A stretch of 12,897 nt of DNA, from positions 2,898 through 15,794 of the forward strand of contig CAXSGP010000104.1 in NCBI GenBank assembly GCA_964236955.1, written 5' to 3'. This DNA comes from an uncultured Oligoflexus sp. (lineage in GTDB: Bacteria; Bdellovibrionota_B; Oligoflexia; Oligoflexales; Oligoflexaceae). The notes beneath the pieces are model-generated. The model did not search any database. It had not been told where the DNA came from and saw nothing but the letters and a program-made list of their open reading frames with translations. The position numbers and the translations under genes are program-made. The first letter of the stretch is position 1, and every line of letters starts with the position of its first letter. This document shows, piece by piece, positions 1 through 7,000 of the stretch.

Positions 1-91
1 AGTCGCGGCGGGAGTCGCGGCGCAGGTTCAAGCGCCAGTCGCGGCGGGAGTCGCGGCGCAGGTTCAAGCGCCAGTCGCGGCGGGAGTCGCG
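1..91 (+). repeat. 36-bp tandem direct repeat, about 2.5 copies visible, iteron-like
   Basis: Unit AGTCGCGGCGGGAGTCGCGGCGCAGGTTCAAGCGCC at 1-36 and 37-72, partial copy at 73-91. It is built from 12-bp subunits, with AGTCGCG at 1, 13, 37, 49, 73 and 85. There are no spacers, and it probably continues left of the window. Confidence 0.95.
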
Positions 92-499
92 TCACATGAT
101 ATTCTTAACCATTTGAATATAAAGATAAATAATAAGTCTCTGTCAGGTTCTTTTAACTACCTTCTCATTGAAAAGTCTTGGGTGAGTTTGATATCTGAAA
201 TATGCAAGATGTGTATTGAGAATCAATCTCTAACTACTGAAATAATTTCCTATGACTTTCTGTCAAAAAAATCTGGTGTTAATCCCGAATCGACTCGAAG
301 AATTGTAAGGAGACTAGAGTCCGACTCGATCTTAATTTTTCGAAATGACTATTTCAGAAAAGGGCATAGAGGTCGCAATTTTGAAGTCTCCAAACAAGCA
401 ATGCTTTGTATGCTTGCGAATGATATTGGATTGCGCAAATGGATCGCTCGACGTGGAACTGCTGTGAGCGAAGTGCAAAAGTTCTACGATATTAAGTGA
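2..499 (+). CDS. 5'-truncated winged-helix DNA-binding protein, possible replication initiator; extends beyond the left edge of the window
   Basis: The frame of ORF 113..499 is open back to position 2: VAAGVAAQVQAP-VAAGVAAQVQAP-VAAGVASHDILNHLNIKINNKSLS..., so TTG113 is probably not the real start. The C-terminal part ISYDFLSKKSGVNPESTRRIVRRLESDSILIF...RGRNFEV fits a helix-turn-helix plus wing. A repeat followed by an N/I/K-rich linker is typical of phage/plasmid initiator genes. Confidence 0.6.
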   Translation, partial: VAAGVAAQVQAPVAAGVAAQVQAPVAAGVASHDILNHLNIKINNKSLSGSFNYLLIEKSWVSLISEICKMCIENQSLTTEIISYDFLSKKSGVNPESTRRIVRRLESDSILIFRNDYFRKGHRGRNFEVSKQAMLCMLANDIGLRKWIARRGTAVSEVQKFYDIK

Positions 500-528
500 T
501 TGCATATCAGAGTCGGGAAGCTAAGAAT
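500..528 (+). promoter_or_regulatory. Candidate sigma70-type promoter for the 646..1791 gene
   Basis: TTGCAT (500-505), 17 bp, AAGAAT (523-528), upstream of the structured leader. Consensus match only. Confidence 0.3.
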
Positions 529-563
529 TAAGAGATGAGGGCAAATGTAGCTAGAGATGGGGT

Positions 564-650
564 AAAAACAAGGCGCAGTGCCCGAGTGCTACTAACACTC
601 AAGCTCTGCTAAGCAAATCACCTACGTTAATAGGGAGATCTACCTGTGGA
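564..650 (-). ncRNA. Putative cis-antisense sRNA, SymR-like architecture, overlapping the RBS/start of the 646 gene (5' end approximate)
   Basis: Minus-strand hairpin GCAGAGCUUGAGUG-UUAGUAG-CACUCGGGCACUGC (609-575) pairs 13 of 14 positions. Two of those are G-U wobbles that would be C-A mismatches on the plus strand. It is followed by GCCUUGUUUUU, a terminator-like U tract (574-564). Confidence 0.5.
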
Positions 651-1791
651 ACATGCTTTCATACAAGTCGATAACAGTCATCGCGAAAATAAGAAATTCA
701 AACAGCGTCTAAAATACAGACTCGATAAGGGCTATTCCTATGACGAAGCACTTCGTCTAGCCAGCGCGAAAGAGTTCATAAAGAATCCTTCGCTTCGTCT
801 CGTTCCAAATCCACACCTGGCAGAGTTTCTTCCGGCACTCCATCCCCAAGCGGACGAAAATCGTCTTTCTGAAGATGTTGAAAATAGCGTCAATTTCCGT
901 CCTACTGAAATTCAGAATATTGCCGGACGAAACCCGTCCGACAATCAAAACCCGTCCCCATCCTGCACTCCGTGTGATCCGTGCCCCGACGAAATTCGTC
1001 TTGAGGTCGAGAAGCTGAAGGCTTTGGGGCTGATGACGGAAATTCCGTCTCGGACGAATTTCGTCTCGTCGGCGGAAGCGGTTTCGTCCCTCAGCTTTCC
1101 AAAGGCCGAGAGTAGCCCTGCTAGTGTGACGAATTTCGTCTCGTCCGAGACCCTTCCTTCGGTAGCTCCTTACTGGATCATTTCGACGCTTGCCTGTTTT
1201 TGGCTTGTCTATTCGATGACGACATCTCTTCCGGGTCACTGGTTTGGCAACCTTTTGATAGCGGTAGCATTCGAGTTTACACCGATGCTCATGCTCGGTG
1301 CCCGCGTCGAGAGAAAGCACCAAAGGACTGTTACCTTTGGAGCTGTCGGAATATTTATCCTTGGCCTCGGTCTATACCTCGCGCCCTCGGTGCAAATGCT
1401 TTGGAACGAGTCGTCGGCCTATGTCGAGGCTTCATCTCGCTATGAGTCGGACGTAAGAGAGTACGAAGGGAAAGCCTTAAATACCAAGGCTCTCATCCTG
1501 GCGGCAAAGTCAGACGCCGAGCGTTCGTCGCAGGGCTATGAGGCGGCTCTTTCAGCTTACGGCGAAAAGTCTTGGCGAACGGCGGTAGCTAAGAAACAAA
1601 AGGATTTGGATGACGCCGAATGGCGACGCATTTCATCCACCGCTGAGACTTTCAAAGCTCCGGCAGCGCCGAAGATTAGCGACAGGCTCATTGAGGCTGC
1701 GCAGGCGATTGCTATCCGCATAGGTCTTTTTGCAGTCATTTTCCTTTCGATGTTTGTGACGAAAAGGCTTCAGGGACCGGAAAAAGCTTAA
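646..1791 (+). CDS. Hypothetical membrane protein: basic N-terminal domain, low-complexity linker, 3 TM helices, helical/coiled-coil region, C-terminal TM helix
   Basis: 381-aa ORF with GTG start and SD GGGAG at 633-637. Hydrophobic segments: YWIISTLACFWLVYSM, WFGNLLIAVAFEFTPMLMLGA, VTFGAVGIFILGLGLYLAPSV and AIAIRIGLFAVIFLSMFVT. The N-terminal KQRLKYRLDKGYSYDEAL resembles the RL..G(W/Y)S.EEAL small helical DNA-binding motif of phage proteins. Confidence 0.85.
   Translation: MEHAFIQVDNSHRENKKFKQRLKYRLDKGYSYDEALRLASAKEFIKNPSLRLVPNPHLAEFLPALHPQADENRLSEDVENSVNFRPTEIQNIAGRNPSDNQNPSPSCTPCDPCPDEIRLEVEKLKALGLMTEIPSRTNFVSSAEAVSSLSFPKAESSPASVTNFVSSETLPSVAPYWIISTLACFWLVYSMTTSLPGHWFGNLLIAVAFEFTPMLMLGARVERKHQRTVTFGAVGIFILGLGLYLAPSVQMLWNESSAYVEASSRYESDVREYEGKALNTKALILAAKSDAERSSQGYEAALSAYGEKSWRTAVAKKQKDLDDAEWRRISSTAETFKAPAAPKISDRLIEAAQAIAIRIGLFAVIFLSMFVTKRLQGPEKA
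742..1145. repeat. Dispersed array of palindromic GACG-N5-8-CGTC sites inside the CDS
   Basis: GACGAAGCACTTCGTC 742-757; GACGAAAATCGTC 853-865; GACGAAACCCGTC 926-938; GACGAAATTCGTC 988-1000; GACGGAAATTCCGTC 1035-1049; GACGAATTTCGTC(TCGTC) 1053-1070 and 1128-1145. Half-sites end at 901, 956 and 1088. Confidence 0.9.
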
Positions 1792-1830
1792 GGCGAGACA
1801 CTAGGGCGGCATAAGGCTGCCTCTTAGTTC

Positions 1831-1860
1831 CTCTGGTTTTAACCGGAGCGGTTTTTTGTT
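1831..1860 (+). terminator. Intrinsic terminator-like hairpin between the membrane-protein gene and the replicase gene
   Basis: CTCTGGTT/AACCGGAG stem (1831-1848, one G-U pair) followed by CGGTTTTTTGTT. A second hairpin precedes it at 1800-1828. Confidence 0.45.
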
Positions 1861-1876
1861 GCCAAAATTTAGGCAA
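1859..1876. promoter_or_regulatory. 18-bp near-perfect palindrome just upstream of the replicase RBS, operator-like
   Basis: TTGCCAAAA-TTTAGGCAA with one mismatched pair. The SD-like AAGGGGA follows at 1881-1887 and the ATG is at 1897. Confidence 0.35.
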
Positions 1877-1896
1877 AGGGAAGGGGACTTCGGTAA

Positions 1897-3765
1897 ATGG
1901 ACGCTATAAAAATCGCTCCAAAGACTTTAGGCGAAGCGAGCCCCGCCCGGCCTCCAAGGGTGCTCGTTCCGATGGGGCACCGCTGGTACGTCTATGGCCA
2001 CACGGAGATAGACGAAAACGGCAAAAAATCGCCCCTGATCCCTATCCGTAAGAAAATTTCTAACTATCGCTCGCGCTCCCACATCCAAACAGTGATGACG
2101 GCCGCTGATGGATCAAACCTTCTATACGGTGCTGCGCTTGACCTTGACTTTGATGGGGCCGATGATCGCTTTAAGACAAGGGGCAAACTCGACCACAAGA
2201 AGATGAAGGCTTTTCTGGACGAGACTTATCCCGTTCTTTCTCGTCACCTTTGCACTTGGACCCGCTCGACAGGTGGCCGGGGCCTTGGTGTAATCCTATT
2301 CTTTGATCCCTTCCTTCTTCGCCACGAAAAAACGGGCGGCGTGACATTTCTCGCCGAGCGCGTCCAGCGCCTGGTGATCCAGGTCTTAAACGCCCACGGC
2401 TTTGGCTGCGATGAGAATGCTACGGGACTTCTTCGATTTACGCCGAACTGGCGAAATGGCCGAATCCTTTTGCACAAAGACGAAGTTACGATACGCCGCG
2501 TTCAAAGGGATAACGAGCCCCATAACGTCCTAAGCCTCGTCTATAACGAGCTTAGGCGCTCGGCTCTATTTAAGGCCCCGACTAAAAAATCGGAAGTCTT
2601 GGCCGGGAGCCGCTTCGCTGTAAAATCCAGCGCCGACGAGGGCCTTGGCCGAATCTACGCTCATATTCTCGATTCAGCGCCTGAGACCCTAAGCCTGTCG
2701 AGCAGCTTTGATGATTTAGCCCAGCTTTCAGGGCTTTCTGTGCCGACGCTTCGCCGCTACCTCCCCAAAGCCTCTTGGCTCTCGATGGAGAGCGTCTACG
2801 GGAAAGGCGTAAGGCTTACCCTTAAGCCTGCGCCGGAGCTTTCAGAGCGGGCCTATAGCATTGCAGAGCAAGCAAAGGTGACGATGAGCCCACTGTCATC
2901 GTCAGCAGAATGGGCGCTGCCGGAGCCCGAATATGTTGGGGATGGCGACAGGAATAATTTCCTCTGGCGTAGAGCGGTTATCTTGCGAAATGAGGGCGTG
3001 GCATTGCAAGATGCCATATCGCAGCTTAGAGGTGAAGCTAGCCGTATCCCTGGTGCTATCCAGAGCCGAAACTGCCGAAAGCTTGAAGGCATAGTCTCAT
3101 CAATTTTCCGCCACGCCAGAGAGACTAAAAAAGCAAAAAGAACGATTTTCCCGCTAGAAGCTTTGACGGAGTCACAAAGCTATGGCCCGGACCTCGACAA
3201 GCCCATCGCGCTTGCGCAGGAGGACGATATTACAAATCTCTGTGCGCTCCAGGCGGAAATAGGACTGCTTCCGGTTATGGGTAGTAATGAAGAAATGGAA
3301 AAATCCATTCTCAAGCAAGGGGGTTCGGGGGATCTTCCCCCGATTAAACCTTCAGACGAAGAAGTTCTGGGGTGGATGAAAGGATTTGTTCCCAGCTTAA
3401 CGCACGAAAATAAGGTGAAACCTCTGGAAAATAGCGTGGTGATTAAATTTGCGGCTCCCAAAAACGGGCCTACGATCTCTGAAGTGATGGCTATTAAAGC
3501 CAAGGTATTCCGAACTCTCCGCGAAGCTAGAGGCGCTGTTTGCAGAGATGTTCATCCGTTCGACCGTTTTGCAAGGGCACTTGACCGCGTACTTGGAAGA
3601 TCCACTGAAGAAGACGTTTTAGCGGTTCTACTCCGAGAGCACCAAAGGCTCTCCGTGACAAAGGATCGAGGATTTCGCTACCAGCCGCCCGAGGGAAAAT
3701 TTAAACGCGTGTGTGAGGCGTGGAGTTTTATTCCGCAGAGGATGAGAGTGGAGTTTTTGAATTAG
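1897..3765 (+). CDS. Putative replicase: AEP primase-like domain + HTH + PriCT-1-like domain + unknown C-terminal region
   Basis: AEP-like motif I ALDLDFD (DxD at 2140-2148), motif II-like TRSTGGRGLGVILF (2260-2301), motif III-like CDENATGLLRFTP (D at 2410). HTH SFDDLAQLSGLSVPTLRRYL (about 2704-2763). PriCT-1-like GDRNNFLWRRAVILRNEG...LEGIVSSIF (about 2944-3108). Confidence 0.7.
   Translation: MDAIKIAPKTLGEASPARPPRVLVPMGHRWYVYGHTEIDENGKKSPLIPIRKKISNYRSRSHIQTVMTAADGSNLLYGAALDLDFDGADDRFKTRGKLDHKKMKAFLDETYPVLSRHLCTWTRSTGGRGLGVILFFDPFLLRHEKTGGVTFLAERVQRLVIQVLNAHGFGCDENATGLLRFTPNWRNGRILLHKDEVTIRRVQRDNEPHNVLSLVYNELRRSALFKAPTKKSEVLAGSRFAVKSSADEGLGRIYAHILDSAPETLSLSSSFDDLAQLSGLSVPTLRRYLPKASWLSMESVYGKGVRLTLKPAPELSERAYSIAEQAKVTMSPLSSSAEWALPEPEYVGDGDRNNFLWRRAVILRNEGVALQDAISQLRGEASRIPGAIQSRNCRKLEGIVSSIFRHARETKKAKRTIFPLEALTESQSYGPDLDKPIALAQEDDITNLCALQAEIGLLPVMGSNEEMEKSILKQGGSGDLPPIKPSDEEVLGWMKGFVPSLTHENKVKPLENSVVIKFAAPKNGPTISEVMAIKAKVFRTLREARGAVCRDVHPFDRFARALDRVLGRSTEEDVLAVLLREHQRLSVTKDRGFRYQPPEGKFKRVCEAWSFIPQRMRVEFLN
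3319..3343 (+). other. G-run hairpin inside the replicase gene
   Basis: GGGGGT followed by a perfect 8-bp stem TCGGGGGA-TCT-TCCCCCGA (3325-3343). Confidence 0.6.
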
Positions 3766-3935
3766 TGTATTGTCCTGAGTATTTCCTGAAAAAATTTAAA
3801 GTATCTCATTCATTTCTTACGGCTCAAAGTATCTTTTTTGAACGAGAGGGGCCAGATCATTTTTAAACTCTTATACGATCGAATCCCGATTGCAAAAGAA
3901 ATTTAATAATACTGCGAGCGAGGGAAGAAGGAATA

Positions 3936-3967
3936 AGCTCCTTTCGACTTAATGCCGATAAGGAGCT
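3936..3967. other. Inverted repeat in the convergent intergenic region (possible terminator or SD-sequestering hairpin)
   Basis: AGCTCCTT (3936-3943) pairs with AAGGAGCT (3960-3967), extendable by TCG/CGA with a one-base bulge. No clear U tract on either side. Confidence 0.45.
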
Positions 3968-4073
3968 ATCGAATGTGGGAAACATTTTACTATTGCCGAA
4001 TTTATGTCAGATTGAATCTGAGTAAATCACAAATTAAGCCGCAATTAGTTCAAAATTTAACTTTCGATTTCAA

Positions 4074-7000
4074 CTATCTTCCTTCGTGTTCAAACCCCTG
4101 ATCAGTAAATTTCAAGGCGTTACAGTTCTCTGTAATTGTCCGAACCAGATCATCAGCTATTCCTCTTGGTACTCTTGCATCGATAAGTAGTGTAATCTCG
4201 ACCTCAGCACCGAGTTGCGAATTTAGATGTACAATTACCTCCTCTGCGACTTTACCTGCGTCCCGCGCTATTCTCGAAGAGTCAAGTTTTACTGTCCCAG
4301 AAAATCGTGTAGGTTTAGTGCTTAAAATGCGAATTGGAGACCGTGGTGAAGCAGTACTGAGTCCTCCCGCGTGGCCGGGATTTATCAATTCTGGAAATGG
4401 GTTAACAGGATTTTCAACATTCTCAGTTCTGAGTTGCTCTTGAGCGATCGAAGCTTTTACTAAAAGATTAGTGCTTGCCATCGCTGCGTTGGCTCTTTTG
4501 CCACCTTTCAGACCTAAATATCGCTTTGATTTTTCATCATAACCTTCTGCGTACGCATAATTTTCGATCCACATTAATTGACTTACGCCATTCTCTATTG
4601 CTTCTAGCAATACTTTTTCATCTCTCAGTCGAGGAAGATATGTGTAGGAACAAAAGCATTCCCACAGACGCTTGATTCCAAGATGTGCAACTTCCCCCCA
4701 AAGTCGCTTATTTAATTCCATAACAAGTCGAGCCGGTGCCATGGCAATGAGCAAGTGCTCATCTAGTATCAAGCGCTTACTAGCTCGGGTGGCGATACCT
4801 TCAGGTCCTTGCAGCCGGATCGCTTCCCAGGATAGATTTCCGTCTTCTTGCTGCTCAGGTATGAGTAACCATACATACGCTTCTTTTATCCTTCCATCTA
4901 CCGTGGCGACGGCGTCTTTTTGCTTGCTTTCTGCGGTTTTTCTTTGAAAATTGTCCAAATTCAGAATGTCGTCATTCGATTCTTTTAGGATCGAATCCCA
5001 AGCTAAGAGATTGCGAATAGCTTGATCAAGTTCTTTCATCCGATTGCTATCTGCGCAAAGAAAGATCAATGTATTTCGATAAATTCGTGAGCCGCCTCCG
5101 CGCAAGTTCATAATTTGTGAGGCTGAATTGATAGCATTTGAATCGTCTAGTTTAGAAGTATGCGATTCCTGTGCATTCAGAATAACAAGACGGGCTGAAA
5201 GCTCATCAGGAATGTCCCCAGGGTTCCCAGGCGTCGAGTAGATTTTTACGAAATCGCTGGGACCTAGGATCCGCCGATCTTTCAGTAATAAAGAAAGACG
5301 TTCTTGAACCGCGTATTCTTCAAGGTTGGAAGCGCGGTCTTTCGCAAGCCTATTTACATTAGGTTTTAGTGAATACCAGTAGTGTGGCGCGTCTTCATAA
5401 AGATGAGTTGAAGATGAAGCTAAGCGTCTCAAAGCATCACCAAATGTGCCGATGGTCTCTCCCGGTTGCACGCAACCCAGACGAATTTCTTTATCTGTCA
5501 CTCCTCTTGCATTCGCATTACTGTGAGGTGCAGTTTTCATAAATATGGTTCGCGCAACCCTTCTGCATGCGGAGTAACGCCCGAGATTTGGATTCTCTTT
5601 ATCTGTAGCTAACGGTAATGAGTTAGGACCATCTATATCAGTGGAAATGACAGGTGACCAAGGTTGTTCATCGTCTAGATAGCGAGTCAGCTCGGGTTGT
5701 ACCATGGCATTTTCAAGAGGAATGTTCGCAGGCATAATCATGAGTCCGCTGTCGCCTTGTTCCCATAATCGGTGAATGACGGAAGCCATCAAGCGTAATA
5801 CGCCACGTGTCCTCTGAAATTTGTCAAGGGTAGACCAATCATCGTAAAGTGTATCGAATAAGCTTGGGTGGATCGGATATGCCGCAGTTAACCGACGTTC
5901 ATAATCCGCTTCCATGCACCCTGCTGGAAAATCATTTTTTCCTTGTCTGTACTGCTCCATGAATCCTTTGACGACTGCATCTCGCGCGGTAAAATGCCCA
6001 GGGTTGGTTATTTCATGGAAAAGGCGCCGACGAACAATTTCAAAGCTTTCATCTGAGGTGGCAGGATTCCAGGTGGCTTCTACTCTGCCGATTGCTTTGT
6101 TCAAACGATCAAGGGCGGCATTGCCACCTTCGCCACCGATCTCTGTATCTGATGCTGGAATACTGACTACCAGAAAAGTGTTTTTAGCCGTCTTCGCACA
6201 CTCGCTTAAACTTTGTGCAAATGTAAAGTGAGTGTCGAAAGTACCAGCAGGAAGATCGTTTGCCTGATAAAGCTGTCTTGCGTAGGCAACCCACTCATCG
6301 ACAAGAATTAAACATGGAGAAAAACGATTGAACAATTCCCTAAGTACATCTCCTGGATTTGTTCCGGTCTTATCTGCTTGCTCGACCATTTTATAACCAG
6401 CTACTCCACCGAGTTGCCAAGCCATTTCCCCCCACATTGTATTAACCACTGTTCCATCGGGTTTGTGAGATGGCTGGCCAGGAGATAGTTTTGTACCGAC
6501 CAGGATTGCTTTGGATACTTTTTTGGGAATCTTGCTTGAGTCGATCCCATCTAGGACTTTTTCTAAGCCTGCTAGTTCCGCAAGATTAGCTCCAGAGCAT
6601 AAGTGATACAAAGCGAGCATTGAGTGAGTCTTGCCCCCACCAAAGTTTGTCTTCAGCTCGACTACCGGATCGCCCCCAGTGCCGCAGAGTCGTTCGAGCC
6701 CACGTCGCAGAAGTTGTTCCAACCCATGAGTTAGGTAGGTACGACGAAAGAACTCCTTTGGGTCAAGGTATTCTTGTGTGCCATCGCCACAGTGAACCTG
6801 CCAAAGATCGACAGCAAACTCAGCTTGTTGATAACGTCCTGAAGCCACATCCTGGTGAGGCGTGATAACCTCTCTCCAGGATTTTAGCCCAGCTTTCGGT
6901 TGGCCTTCAATTGCAGCGACGGCACCCATCTTTTGTGCGGAGCGGACCTGATCTTCATATTTAATTCTCAAGATTTCTTGTTTGAATTTTCCGACTTCAC

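Larger units (their letters stand above)
1..3765 (+). mobile_element. Replication/maintenance backbone of a plasmid, integrative element or phage satellite (boundaries unknown)
   Basis: Iteron-like repeat in a wHTH gene, a primase/PriCT replicase, an antisense-type leader, and an adjacent defence operon. No integrase, transposase or att site is visible in the window. Confidence 0.5.

Noticed and set aside
1..91. 36-bp repeat as a CRISPR array
   Set aside because: The units are directly adjacent with no spacers, they translate in frame, and no cas genes are present.
113..115. TTG113 as the start codon
   Set aside because: There is no SD and the frame is open to the window edge.
964..987. CxxCxxCP (CTPCDPCP) as a ferredoxin-like motif
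   Set aside because: There is no fourth Cys in a ferredoxin context, and it can be explained by short CCGTG repeats resembling the array half-sites.
853..1140. Palindromes as target or decoy sites for the DUF1156 methyltransferase
   Set aside because: Nothing in the sequence links them, the spacer length varies, and a methylome would be needed to test it.
742..1145. Palindrome array as a degenerate CRISPR or REP cluster
   Set aside because: The units are only 13-18 bp, irregularly spaced and lie inside an intact CDS.
757..1323. 188-aa minus-strand ORF
   Set aside because: It lies entirely antisense to the 381-aa gene, and its Arg-rich repeats simply mirror the palindromes, so it is likely a shadow ORF.
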